Assembly (NCBI GenBank): GCA_017475605.1
Contig: JAFVFD010000005.1
Location: 240,001 to 272,000, forward strand
DNA: 32,000 nucleotides
Direction: 5' to 3'
DNA from: Alphaproteobacteria bacterium
Lineage (GTDB): Bacteria > Pseudomonadota > Alphaproteobacteria > Rs-D84
Both the position numbers and the translations under genes were made by a program. Below are positions 1 through 9,111 of the stretch, in pieces (within the stretch, counting starts at the first letter, position 1; every line of letters begins with the position of its first letter). Below the pieces are notes generated by a model. That model ran no database searches. It was not told the origin of the DNA and saw only the letters and a program-made list of their open reading frames with translations.

Positions 1-411
1 CAAAATGAACGAAACCAAAATCGCCCAAATACCACCGCGGACCAATTCACCACCAATTTTTGGACCGACTATCTGGACCTGGGAATAGGTAACATTTTCG
101 CCCAAAATATCCTTGATTTCGCGGACGCGTTCATTTTGCATTGTGTCCGTCGCCCCCTTGGGTAACCCAACACGCACCAAAACGGACCCGCCATCAACGG
201 CCTGTAATTCAGGACTAAATGCCGCCAATTCGGTACGCATTTTATCAACAGTATATTCGGCAGATACTGGTGTAACCTCCATCGAAATACCACCAGCAAA
301 ATCAATGCCATAATTTAATCCCTTGAAATAAAGTGCCAAAATTGACAACACAACCAATATACCGGAAACCCAGTATGACAATTTACGATATTTCATAAAA
401 TGCAGTTTCAT
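1..411 (-). CDS. secF: Protein translocase subunit SecF, N-terminal part (gene runs off the window start)
   Basis: Open-ended frame missing from the ORF track because there is no stop inside the window. My minus-strand translation from the ATG at 411 reads MKLHFMKYRKLSYWVSGILVVLSILALYFKGLNYGIDFAGGISMEV...QIVGPKIGGELVRGGIWAILVSFIL. This shows an N-terminal TM helix plus the GIDFxGG and VGPxxGxEL motifs of SecF. It starts 20 nt after the secD stop. Confidence 0.85.
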   Translation of the reverse strand, partial: MKLHFMKYRKLSYWVSGILVVLSILALYFKGLNYGIDFAGGISMEVTPVSAEYTVDKMRTELAAFSPELQAVDGGSVLVRVGLPKGATDTMQNERVREIKDILGENVTYSQVQIVGPKIGGELVRGGIWAILVSFIL

Positions 412-431
412 TATTTTCCCCTTTGCATTTC

Positions 432-2000
432 TTATTTTGTTTTAACATAACCAACTTTTTTGTTTTTGCCGCCCATATACCAATCAATAATAACCTTGGA
501 CAGCAACATACACGTAAACAGTGTTGTCAAAACACCGATAGACAGTGTAACCGCGAACCCACGAATTGGACCCGCACCGAATTGGAACAGAATTAACGCA
601 CAAATAAGGTTTGTTAATTCACCGTCCAACACAGCCTTGTTAGAACGATGGAACCCAACATCAACCGCGCGCAAGGTCGGAACACCCGCACGTATTTCAT
701 CGCGGATGCGTTCAAACGGCAAAATGTTTGCGTCCACCGCCATCCCCAGTGTCAACACGATACCGGCGATACCTGGCAATGTCATTGTTGCCCCGAACAA
801 TGCCGACATACCAACAATCATGGCCAAATTCACGACCAAAACCACATCGGCAATAACACCAAAACTGCGATAAACCATCAACATAAATAACATAATGAAC
901 AACAAACCAACAACGGCCCCCGTTGTTCCAGATGCAATTGTATCCGCACCCAAACCGGCACCAACCGTACGTTCTTCAATAACGGTTAACGGCGCAGGCA
1001 ACGCCCCCGACCGCAACAGCACCGCCAAGTCTTTTGCCCCCTGTAAAGTGAAGCCACCTGAAATCTGACCACGACCACCAGGTATCGGTTCACGAATATT
1101 TGGTGCAGACAAAACTTTGCCGTCCAAAACAATTGCGAAACGTTCGTTAACATGTTCTGTTGTTAATTTCGCAAATTTACGTGCACCCGTCGCATCAAAC
1201 ACAGTTGTTACAACCGGCATATTATTTTGGTCAAAGTCTGCCTGGGAATCTTTAAGACTTTCGCCAGATACTTCTATACGTGAATAAACCGGCACAATTT
1301 GATCCGGCATATCCATATATGGTAAAAAGTCCGTTCCACTTGGCGCACGACCAGATGCAATTTGTTCCGGCGACACATTTTCATTTACCAAATGGAAAGT
1401 CATTTTAGCGGTTTGACCAATCAAGTCCTTGATATGTTCCGGATTATCAACCCCCGGCAATTGTACCAAGATGTATTTACCACCCTGGGATTGAATTGAA
1501 GGTTCCTTGGTCCCCAGCGCATCAATACGGCGACGAACAATTTCGATACTGCGCGCCAGCGCATCCTGGACCATTTCTTCTTTCTGTTTATCAGAATAAG
1601 ATAATTTAATCGTATCACCGCTTGATTCCATATCAACGGTATTTCCAAGAACACTTTTCAAACGTCCCTTGGCCGCGGAAACATCGTCCGATTCACGAAC
1701 CTTAAACGAAACAACACCGTTGTTATTACGCAAATCAGAAAAACGAATAACACCCTTGTTTCTGTCAATCAATGCCGAACGGACATCATCGTATAACTGA
1801 TTTGCCTTGTCATGAAACATTGTGTCGGTATCAACTTCTAATAAAAGTTGCGCACCACCCTTCAGGTCCAAACCCAACGGCACAGGTTTAATCCACTTTG
1901 GGAAATAAGACGATGCCCCAGGCACAAACGTCGGCACAGCCAACAAAACCCCAAACACCGCAACAAAGATTATTGCCAACTTCTTTAACATACGATACAC
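432..2000 (-). CDS. secD: Protein translocase subunit SecD
   Basis: 522-aa ORF with an N-terminal anchor helix, an LGLDLKGG motif, a large periplasmic domain and a C-terminal multi-helix SecD/SecF export domain. It lies in the conserved yajC-secD-secF order. Confidence 0.9.
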   Translation of the reverse strand: MYRMLKKLAIIFVAVFGVLLAVPTFVPGASSYFPKWIKPVPLGLDLKGGAQLLLEVDTDTMFHDKANQLYDDVRSALIDRNKGVIRFSDLRNNNGVVSFKVRESDDVSAAKGRLKSVLGNTVDMESSGDTIKLSYSDKQKEEMVQDALARSIEIVRRRIDALGTKEPSIQSQGGKYILVQLPGVDNPEHIKDLIGQTAKMTFHLVNENVSPEQIASGRAPSGTDFLPYMDMPDQIVPVYSRIEVSGESLKDSQADFDQNNMPVVTTVFDATGARKFAKLTTEHVNERFAIVLDGKVLSAPNIREPIPGGRGQISGGFTLQGAKDLAVLLRSGALPAPLTVIEERTVGAGLGADTIASGTTGAVVGLLFIMLFMLMVYRSFGVIADVVLVVNLAMIVGMSALFGATMTLPGIAGIVLTLGMAVDANILPFERIRDEIRAGVPTLRAVDVGFHRSNKAVLDGELTNLICALILFQFGAGPIRGFAVTLSIGVLTTLFTCMLLSKVIIDWYMGGKNKKVGYVKTK

Positions 2001-2003
2001 CCC

Positions 2004-2312
2004 TTACTTTTCAACATTTGCAACTGCGTTTTTATTAACTTCCACGACAACACCCTTGGCAATTTCAACATCTATTGTTGTGGTGCCAACCTTCTTTATC
2101 GTGCCATAGATTCCCGCCGCCAACACGCGATTACCAACCGCCAACGAATCCAGCATTTTTTGATATTCTGCCATGCGTTTCTTGTTCGGGCGCACAATCA
2201 GCAAATAAATTATACCGAATATAACGATTAAATAAAGCACCATTCCCCAAACATTACCTGTTTGTGCCGCATTATTTACGGTATCAATGGTTGCCTGTTC
2301 TGTTTCCAGCAT
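2004..2312 (-). CDS. yajC: Preprotein translocase subunit YajC
   Basis: 102 aa with one TM helix followed by RPNKKRMAEYQKMLDSLAVGNRV...GIYGTI, the YajC pattern. Its stop is 3 nt before the secD start. Confidence 0.85.
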   Translation of the reverse strand: MLETEQATIDTVNNAAQTGNVWGMVLYLIVIFGIIYLLIVRPNKKRMAEYQKMLDSLAVGNRVLAAGIYGTIKKVGTTTIDVEIAKGVVVEVNKNAVANVEK

Positions 2313-2407
2313 TATTTTTCTCCTTGTTCTTTATTATTTATGGTGTTCAGAATAGTAAAAAATCCCCCAGGTGTAAAGCACAAAAAGCACAACCACCCCA
2401 CCCCATT

Positions 2408-4144
2408 TTATGACCGTTCAAACCACCCATCTATTTCAGTCAGCGGTATAAACTTATATACCGGCCGACCATGGTTACATTCGCCACCGCGTGTTGTGTT
2501 TTCAATATCACGCAACAACGCATCCATTTGCGCCATATCCAGTTTTTGCCCCGCACGCACACTGTGATGACACGCATAATTGGCTAATTTCAAATGTAAT
2601 TTTTCATTTAATTCGGACGAATGGCCGTTGGCGCGCACCTCGTCTGCGATATCGTGCAACACAGATGCCCAGTCCATATCCCAATCTGCTGGTTTTTCAA
2701 AAATAGCAATCGCATCTTCGCCAAATTCGCCAATATTCAACCCTGAATTATGCAATTCATCCGCGATTGATATTATTGCCATAACATCTTCGGCGCGCAT
2801 ATTCACAACAATCGGGGTAAGCAATGGTTGGGTTTTTATCGTATGTCGCCGCAACTTTTCATATGTAATGCGTTCATGGGCGGCATGCTGGTCAATTATA
2901 ACCAATTGTTCACCGGCCTGTGCTAATATGTATTTTTTTCCAATTTGCCCAATCACGCGCCCCAATGGCAAATCAATATTTGTGTCCGCATCCGACTTCA
3001 AATCAACTTCAAATGGTTTGTTGGGTTTTGACGGTATCGAATTGAATATATTATCAAAATTTGTCTTTTTATCGGCGACATGCCATGCCCCAGTTGGTGG
3101 TATATTAAAGTGTATTGGGGTCGCGCTATGTACATCGTTTGGTGGGGTTGCGACATTTTGAACAGTATTTTCGTTCATTGTTTTAGCCAGCACATCACGC
3201 AACGATTTTATGATAAAGCTACGGACATGGTTCGGTTCAAGAAAGTGCACCTCGGTCTTGGCGGGCGACACATTAACATCGACCGCACGCGAATCAATAT
3301 CCAAATACAGCGCACACAGCGGAAATTCGCGCGCATGCATAACATCCATATATGCCGCACGCAACGCAGAAACCAAAACCTTGTCTTTGACGGGGCGATT
3401 GTTCACAAATAAATATTGATCCACCGATGATGCACGACGTAACGTTGGTACGGATATTAACCCACGCAGGCGCATATTTGACGATGCCGACGCCACATCA
3501 ACGGGCAGCATATTTCCCACAACATCATCACCCATAACGGTTGCGACCCGTTGTTCAATATCCTGATTTTTTGGAAAACGCCATTTATTATTTAATGTAA
3601 ACCCAACATCACCGCGCGCCATCGCCAGTTGTTTAACGGTATCCAGTACAGACATCATTTCGGCGCGATCAGATCGCAAAAACTTTAACCGCGCGGGTGT
3701 CTTGCGAAAAAGATTTTCAACCCTTATACGTGTCCCGGCCGCCCACGCAGACGGACGAATTTCACCGCTTTCGCAATTAAGGCACCAACCATTTTCATCC
3801 GCGCCATTATATGTATCAATTGTCATATCGGACACAGATGCGATTGACGGTAATGCTTCGCCGCGAAAACCCATATATGTAATATTTTGTAAGTCATCAT
3901 CGGGCAATTTAGATGTCGCATGCCGCATAATTGCGCGTGATAAATCGTCGCGCGACATACCCGAACCATTATCAATTACGGAAATCAATGTGCGCCCGCC
4001 GTCCACAACATCAATAACTATTTCATCGGCCCCCGCATCCAGCGCATTTTCCACCAATTCCTTGACCACAGATGCCGGACGTTCAACAACCTCGCCGGCG
4101 GCAATCTGATTTACCAGGAAATCGGGCAAAACGCGTACTGGCAT
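2408..4144 (-). CDS. mutL: DNA mismatch repair protein MutL (endonuclease-type)
   Basis: 578 aa. The N-terminal GHKL ATPase motifs are present (NQIAAGEVVERPASVVKELVENALDAGA, DNGSGM). The C-terminal endonuclease motif DQHAAHERITYE and CNHGRP are also present, indicating a MutH-independent type. Confidence 0.95.
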   Translation of the reverse strand: MPVRVLPDFLVNQIAAGEVVERPASVVKELVENALDAGADEIVIDVVDGGRTLISVIDNGSGMSRDDLSRAIMRHATSKLPDDDLQNITYMGFRGEALPSIASVSDMTIDTYNGADENGWCLNCESGEIRPSAWAAGTRIRVENLFRKTPARLKFLRSDRAEMMSVLDTVKQLAMARGDVGFTLNNKWRFPKNQDIEQRVATVMGDDVVGNMLPVDVASASSNMRLRGLISVPTLRRASSVDQYLFVNNRPVKDKVLVSALRAAYMDVMHAREFPLCALYLDIDSRAVDVNVSPAKTEVHFLEPNHVRSFIIKSLRDVLAKTMNENTVQNVATPPNDVHSATPIHFNIPPTGAWHVADKKTNFDNIFNSIPSKPNKPFEVDLKSDADTNIDLPLGRVIGQIGKKYILAQAGEQLVIIDQHAAHERITYEKLRRHTIKTQPLLTPIVVNMRAEDVMAIISIADELHNSGLNIGEFGEDAIAIFEKPADWDMDWASVLHDIADEVRANGHSSELNEKLHLKLANYACHHSVRAGQKLDMAQMDALLRDIENTTRGGECNHGRPVYKFIPLTEIDGWFERS

Positions 4145-4150
4145 TTATAT

Positions 4151-4621
4151 TTATTCCTTGAATTTAACTTCTAAAATCTCGTATTCCTTTTCACCACTGG
4201 GCAATTTCACGATACATGTATCACCGACACACCGACCAATCATCGCGCGCCCAACCGGCGAATTACATGATATAACGGTTTTACCATCCGCTTCTATATC
4301 GGATAAAATACGGCACTGCATTTGGTTACCATCATCATCTTCGGCAATGACACGCGCACCAAACACAACCCGATTACCCGTAAGGCTTTCTACATCAACG
4401 ACATTAGCATTGGCAATAACCCCTTCGATAAACTGAATACGTTTATCAATCTGGCGCTGTTTTTCCTTGGCCGCACTGTAATCAGCATTTTCCGACAAAT
4501 CGCCCAGGCTGCGCGCCCATTGGACTGTTTTTAATATATCAGGACGCTGAACTTCCTTCAGGTCCTTTAATTCTTTGACCAATTCGTCAAAACCATTTCT
4601 TGATATTGGGTACTTTTCCAT
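4151..4621 (-). CDS. greA: Transcription elongation factor GreA
   Basis: 156 aa with an N-terminal coiled coil carrying GDLSENADYSAAKE and a C-terminal FKBP-like domain. Its stop is 6 nt before the mutL start, so the two are probably cotranscribed. Confidence 0.9.
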   Translation of the reverse strand: MEKYPISRNGFDELVKELKDLKEVQRPDILKTVQWARSLGDLSENADYSAAKEKQRQIDKRIQFIEGVIANANVVDVESLTGNRVVFGARVIAEDDDGNQMQCRILSDIEADGKTVISCNSPVGRAMIGRCVGDTCIVKLPSGEKEYEILEVKFKE

Positions 4622-4648
4622 GCTTCTTTCCTATATATTTGTCCCCGC

Positions 4649-4676
4649 ATTATAGGACAACATTTTAATTTTGCAA
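4649..4676 (-). promoter_or_regulatory. Sigma-70-type promoter for greA (TTGCAA-16-TATAAT)
   Basis: On the minus strand, the -35 TTGCAA is at 4676-4671, the spacer is 16 nt and the -10 TATAAT is at 4654-4649. The predicted start lies about 20 nt before the greA ATG, with AGGAAAG as the ribosome-binding site. Confidence 0.5.
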
Positions 4677-4699
4677 TTAACAAATGTTCAGGTTATAAT
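4671..4699 (+). promoter_or_regulatory. Sigma-70-type promoter for the LptF/G-family gene (TTGCAA-17-TATAAT)
   Basis: The -35 TTGCAA is at 4671-4676, the spacer is 17 nt and the -10 TATAAT is at 4694-4699. The ATG is at 4733. Confidence 0.5.
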
Positions 4700-4732
4700 T
4701 CAATATCAATACATATATATAATATACGCGTT

Positions 4733-5791
4733 ATGTCAAGATACAGAATTTTAAACAGATTTTTAATGCGCCGATTTTTTTCCGGGGTTGGCCTGGTATT
4801 GTTGGTGGTATGCGGAATTATATTGGCGGTAACATTTGTTGAACGTTTGCCGTCAAACCCCAATGCCGTCGCCGCAATAATGGACGCATGGTCGCGTTTA
4901 ATGGAATATATCCCGTTGTTTTTACCAATGGCGATATTTATGGGAACACTGTTTGCGTCCTATAACCTTACTAAATCCAGTGAAAACATCATTATTGCCG
5001 GGGCGGGCCTGTCGCCATATCAGATGGCACGACCATTTTTAGTTGGTGCGGCACTGATTGGCATATTCGCGACAACCGTTATTAACCCCTATTCCGTACA
5101 TTTAAGTACACGCGAAATCACAACGGACCATTTGAAATTGGTTGATAATGCGGTTTGGTTACGCGAAGCGGGCGAAAACGGCTTTATAACACTGCGTGCG
5201 GAATCAATCGGGCGCGATGGGGAAAATCTGGTATTCAATAATGCGACCGCATTTGTTCAGGGGTCCGACTTTAAATTAACCGAACGCGTAATGGCGGACC
5301 ATATAACATTGTCCGACAATGGTATGGATGCGGAATCTGCGCACACATGGAACGGTGTTGGGGGCGACAAACAAACATCATGGCATGCCGACACCCAATT
5401 AACACCGCGTACCGTTCTGGACAGATATTTACAACCCGACCAGATTTCATTTTGGCAATTACCGTCCTTTATCAAGAAAATGGAAAATGTCGGTATACCT
5501 GTTCGTTCCCATTGGGTTCAGTTTTGGACATTATTATTCCTGCCGCTTTCTATGATTGCGATGGCGACATTGGGTATTGCGTTTTCCCAAACCCGTCAAC
5601 GTCGTAACTACAGTTTTGGTTTTAAGTTTAGTATTGGTATTGCAACATGTTTCGCATCGTACTTTACAATAAATATGTTTAATGCGCTGGGGGCGACGGG
5701 GGTATTACCACCAATATTGGCGATTATTGCGCCACCCCTTATTATTATTGCGGGCGCGGGTGTATTTATTGCCAGTTTTGATACAATTTAA
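4733..5791 (+). CDS. LPS export ABC transporter permease, LptF/LptG (YjgP/YjgQ) family
   Basis: 352 aa. The topology is three N-terminal TM helices, a roughly 150-aa periplasmic insert, then three C-terminal TM helices. The N-terminus RFLMRRFFSGVGLVLLVV is typical of the family. I cannot tell F from G, and no partner permease is adjacent. Confidence 0.8.
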   Translation: MSRYRILNRFLMRRFFSGVGLVLLVVCGIILAVTFVERLPSNPNAVAAIMDAWSRLMEYIPLFLPMAIFMGTLFASYNLTKSSENIIIAGAGLSPYQMARPFLVGAALIGIFATTVINPYSVHLSTREITTDHLKLVDNAVWLREAGENGFITLRAESIGRDGENLVFNNATAFVQGSDFKLTERVMADHITLSDNGMDAESAHTWNGVGGDKQTSWHADTQLTPRTVLDRYLQPDQISFWQLPSFIKKMENVGIPVRSHWVQFWTLLFLPLSMIAMATLGIAFSQTRQRRNYSFGFKFSIGIATCFASYFTINMFNALGATGVLPPILAIIAPPLIIIAGAGVFIASFDTI

Positions 5792-5808
5792 TCTATATGG
5801 GGGTTGCT

Positions 5809-5940
5809 ATGCCGTTGCGGAAAAAGAAAAAGTTTAACATTTATAAAATCGCCATTATCGTGATTGCCATTGTTATACTGGCGTTGATGATTATTTCGTT
5901 TCCGGCCCCACAAAATATGACCGAAGTGGTTTTGTCGTAA
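5809..5940 (+). CDS. Small (43 aa) single-pass membrane protein, unannotated in the ORF track
   Basis: My translation is MPLRKKKKFNIYKIAIIVIAIVILALMIISFPAPQNMTEVVLS. It has a basic N-terminus and one hydrophobic helix. GGGGGT lies 5 nt upstream of the ATG. Its TAA overlaps the xerD ATG (TAATG at 5938-5942). Confidence 0.4.
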   Translation: MPLRKKKKFNIYKIAIIVIAIVILALMIISFPAPQNMTEVVLS

Positions 5941-6806
5941 TGAATTATATTGATATATTTTTAGAAGCATTGTCTGCGGAAAAAGGCCGTTCTGAAAAAA
6001 CATTGGCCGCATATGCATCTGACCTGCAACACGCAGACGCATCTATTCCGGGTGGTTTAATGACGGCGGACGACAATGCGATTCAAAAATATTTGACCGA
6101 TTTGCCGGACCGCGCATCAAGCATCGCACGCAAGGCCAGCGCACTGCGCGGGTTTTACAAATTTTTAATGTTGGAAAAAATCATAACAAAAAACCCAACT
6201 GCCAATCTGGAATTACCAAAGCGCAAACGCGCATTACCTAAATTTTTATCGGTGGACGAAATAGAATTGCTTATATCATCGGCGGGCGATGTAAAAAACG
6301 CAACGCGCCTGCGCACTATGTTGGAATTGGTATATGCATCGGGGTTGCGTGTATCGGAATTGTGTGAATTACCGATGACGGCAAACCTTGGCGATAAATT
6401 ATTGATTCATGGCAAGGGGGCCAAGGAAAGAATTGTCCCCATGCACCCCGGTGCCGTACATGCGCTTAATAAATGGTTGGATATGCGTGGCGACAATCCA
6501 TCAAAATATGTATTTCCGTCCAACAGTAATTCTGGGCACATTACCCGCGATGGCTTTTTCAAGATTTTGAAAAAATGCGCTGTTTTGGCGGGTATTGACC
6601 CCAAACGCGTAAGTCCGCACGTCCTGCGCCATTCGTTTGCATCGCACCTGCTGGCCGGGGGGGCAAACCTGCGCGCGATACAGACAATGCTTGGACACGA
6701 AGATATTTCAACAACACAAATCTATACGCACGTTATGCCGGAACGGTTACGTGAAACGGTTGTGGAACATCACCCATTGGCAAAACAAAGAAGTGGTAAA
6801 AAATGA
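5940..6806 (+). CDS. xerD: Site-specific tyrosine recombinase XerD
   Basis: 288 aa. The catalytic C-terminus reads SPHVLRHSFASHLL...LGHEDISTTQIYTHV (R, HxxR, Y). The N-terminal core-binding segment FLEALSAEKGRSEKTLAAYASDL looks more like XerD than XerC. Confidence 0.8.
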   Translation: MNYIDIFLEALSAEKGRSEKTLAAYASDLQHADASIPGGLMTADDNAIQKYLTDLPDRASSIARKASALRGFYKFLMLEKIITKNPTANLELPKRKRALPKFLSVDEIELLISSAGDVKNATRLRTMLELVYASGLRVSELCELPMTANLGDKLLIHGKGAKERIVPMHPGAVHALNKWLDMRGDNPSKYVFPSNSNSGHITRDGFFKILKKCAVLAGIDPKRVSPHVLRHSFASHLLAGGANLRAIQTMLGHEDISTTQIYTHVMPERLRETVVEHHPLAKQRSGKK

Positions 6807-7294
6807 TTCAAAAATGTGAACACCCGGGCTGTACCAAGGCGGGACCATGTCGTTGTCCGAAAACACGCGATTTGCGTGAATATTGGCATTTTTGTCCGGA
6901 ACATGCGGCGGAATATAATAAAAATTGGAACTATTACGCGGGAATGAGTGCGGACGAAATCGAAGAAGATTGGGAATCCCAGGTTTTTGGTTCACCCCTG
7001 AAAGACAAACAAAAAGCAAATGCAGACGAAGCGGACTATATAAAGTTCCTTAATGACTTTATTACCGGGCGCGACACATTTGACAAGATGCCGAAAAAGA
7101 CGACACTGCCCGGACCAGTTACGGCGGCATTTAAATTATTCGGCCTTCCCATCACTTCGTCCTGGCGCGAGGTTGGCATGCGTTACCGCGCATTGGCAAA
7201 ACAGCACCACCCCGACCGCGCCGGATCTGCAACGGAATTTGCCAAGATATCCAGCGCATACGACACACTTAAAAAATATTTTGGAAAGAAATAA
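6803..7294 (+). CDS. J-domain protein with N-terminal Cys/His zinc-finger-like module
   Basis: 163 aa. The N-terminus CEHPGCTKAGPCRCPKTRDLREYWHFCPEHAAEYNKNWNYYAGMS is an architecture I recognise, from memory, in alphaproteobacterial genomes. The C-terminal J domain carries the HPD motif (AKQHHPDRAG). It overlaps the xerD stop in an ATGA. Confidence 0.75.
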   Translation: MIQKCEHPGCTKAGPCRCPKTRDLREYWHFCPEHAAEYNKNWNYYAGMSADEIEEDWESQVFGSPLKDKQKANADEADYIKFLNDFITGRDTFDKMPKKTTLPGPVTAAFKLFGLPITSSWREVGMRYRALAKQHHPDRAGSATEFAKISSAYDTLKKYFGKK

Positions 7295-7306
7295 AAGGAC
7301 ACAGTT

Positions 7307-8098
7307 ATGACAAAAACTATTATTGCGATTGGTGGCGGTTCATTCGGGCAATTAAAAACATATCCAGACGGTCGCCAAGTACAAAAACCAATGGAAACAT
7401 TAAAGATTGATAAAAAAATAATTGAACTCACTGGTAAAACACAGCCAAAACTAGTTTTTATTGGTGCCGCACATGGTGACGACTTATCTCGTTTCTTGGC
7501 AATCAAAAAATACTTTGGCGAAACTTTAGGTTGTGTTGTTGAAAATTTAAATTTAATTGACGATTCCCAAAGACCAAACAAAGAAGACCTTAAAAAGATT
7601 ATCTTGGGTGCTGATATTATATATATTGGCGGTGGTAATGTCACATACCTTATGAAAATACTGGGCAAAACTGGGGTTGATAAATTATTACGCACCGCGT
7701 ACGACAACGGAATTATTATGTCTGGGAACAGTGCGGGTGGTTGCGCATGGTTTGAATTTTATGGCAATGACGAAGACGATGATTTTGACGGAACATTTGA
7801 AACATTCAAACCCAAACGCGCACTGGGTTTTGTCCGCGGATATTTTGAACCACACTGGGACACAAAAAATGAAACCGGCATTGATAAAGAATCTGTATCA
7901 AAAAAATCTGTGAATGATATGTTGAAACGCGAATCTATATCTGGATATGGCGTTGACGAAGGTGCGGCAATTATGATTCAAACAGACAATGACAAACAGA
8001 CCATAACAGAAATCACGTCCAAGCCAGGTGCACGTGTATATAGATTAAACCAAGACAAACAAAATATTCATGTAAAAATGAACCAAACAGAAAGATAA
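7307..8098 (+). CDS. Peptidase S51 family protein (dipeptidase E / cyanophycinase-like)
   Basis: 263 aa with IYIGGGNVTYLMK and the nucleophile-elbow GNSAGG typical of S51 serine peptidases. The ribosome-binding site AAGGA lies 7 nt upstream. The gene is markedly more AT-rich than the preceding gene. Confidence 0.65.
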   Translation: MTKTIIAIGGGSFGQLKTYPDGRQVQKPMETLKIDKKIIELTGKTQPKLVFIGAAHGDDLSRFLAIKKYFGETLGCVVENLNLIDDSQRPNKEDLKKIILGADIIYIGGGNVTYLMKILGKTGVDKLLRTAYDNGIIMSGNSAGGCAWFEFYGNDEDDDFDGTFETFKPKRALGFVRGYFEPHWDTKNETGIDKESVSKKSVNDMLKRESISGYGVDEGAAIMIQTDNDKQTITEITSKPGARVYRLNQDKQNIHVKMNQTER

Positions 8099-8125
8099 AA
8101 AACGCGCCGATGGCGCGTTTTTTTT
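8097..8125. terminator. Bidirectional intrinsic terminator between the S51 peptidase gene and trxB
   Basis: The hairpin is ACGCGCC-GAT-GGCGCGT (8102-8118). It is flanked by A6 upstream and T8 downstream and sits between convergent genes. Confidence 0.8.
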
Positions 8126-9032
8126 ATTCCTTTGAATTCAAATATGCAATTGCATCCATGGCGGCGGTACAACCCGTTCCGACCGCGGTTGCAATTTGCA
8201 TTTTTATACCACTGTGTACATCGCCCGCAACAAATGTTCCCGCCGGCAACGCATCGGGGGCCAATCGTCCCATTTCATCGCGGTGTACACCTTCGTCCAA
8301 ATAATCTGTATTTGCTTCATGCCCAATCGCAACAAACAAACCGTCGGTTTCAATTTCCTGGTCATCGGTTGTTGTTACAACCAATTTTTCAGAATTCGGC
8401 ACCGCCACAATTTTCTTTAAATCGGTATTGAACAAACATTCGATGTTTTCGCGTTCGGCGACACGTTGGCGCAATATTGCCTCGGCCCGAAAGAAGGAAC
8501 CCTTGCGATAAACTATTTTCACAGACTTTGCGATATCCGCCAAATACAGCGCATCATTCAATGCGGAATTACCACCGCCCATAACCATTACATCTTTGCC
8601 ATAATAGAAGAATCCATCGCATGTTGCGCAATATGACACACCCTTGCCTATCAATTCGCGCGCCCCTTCTATTTCCAGTTTACGCGGGGATGCACCCGTT
8701 GCGAAAATGACAGCCTTGCCGATATAGTGTTTGCCATCATCCGCCAAAATATTGAAACCACTTTCCGCATCGCCATCAACCGACTTCGCGGACGCAAATA
8801 CAACATGCGCGCCAAATGATTCAGCCTGCTTCTTCATAAACTCGGCCAGGCCCAATCCGTCCCCTGACCAACCGGGATAATTTTCCAACTTGGCAATTTG
8901 GGACATTTGCCCCCCAAGTGTTGGTCCACCCAACACAATTGTATTTTTATTTGCGCGCGCGCAATACAATGCCGCGGTCAGCCCCGCCGGACCCGACCCC
9001 AGAATAATCACATCATACATTGTAATATCCAT
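8124..9032 (-). CDS. trxB: Thioredoxin-disulfide reductase
   Basis: The FAD motif GSGPAG, the redox-active CATC and the NADPH motif GGGNSA are all present. The track start at 9035 is GTG; the ATG at 9032 has GGAAAG about 7 nt upstream. Confidence 0.9.
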   Translation of the reverse strand: MDITMYDVIILGSGPAGLTAALYCARANKNTIVLGGPTLGGQMSQIAKLENYPGWSGDGLGLAEFMKKQAESFGAHVVFASAKSVDGDAESGFNILADDGKHYIGKAVIFATGASPRKLEIEGARELIGKGVSYCATCDGFFYYGKDVMVMGGGNSALNDALYLADIAKSVKIVYRKGSFFRAEAILRQRVAERENIECLFNTDLKKIVAVPNSEKLVVTTTDDQEIETDGLFVAIGHEANTDYLDEGVHRDEMGRLAPDALPAGTFVAGDVHSGIKMQIATAVGTGCTAAMDAIAYLNSKE

Positions 9033-9059
9033 CACACTTTCCTTTTACTTATTGTCCAA

Positions 9060-9087
9060 ATCATACCATATAAGATAATGAACGCAA
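9060..9087 (-). promoter_or_regulatory. Promoter for trxB (TTGCGT-16-TGgTATGAT, extended -10)
   Basis: On the minus strand, TTGCGT is at 9087-9082, the spacer is 16 nt, and TATGAT at 9065-9060 is preceded by TGG. Confidence 0.45.
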
Positions 9088-9111
9088 ACCCAAAATTCAA
9101 CCGACGAATAT

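Noticed and set aside
69-313. Track ORFs 69-311 (minus) and 113-313 (plus).
   Set aside because: Both are in the wrong frame or strand relative to the open-ended secF frame (1-411, minus), which gives a clean SecF N-terminus.
5788-6042. An 84-aa minus-strand ORF across the lptF/G-xerD junction.
   Set aside because: It overlaps the xerD start and the better-supported 43-aa plus-strand ORF. The product is His/Asn/Gln-rich with no signal features.
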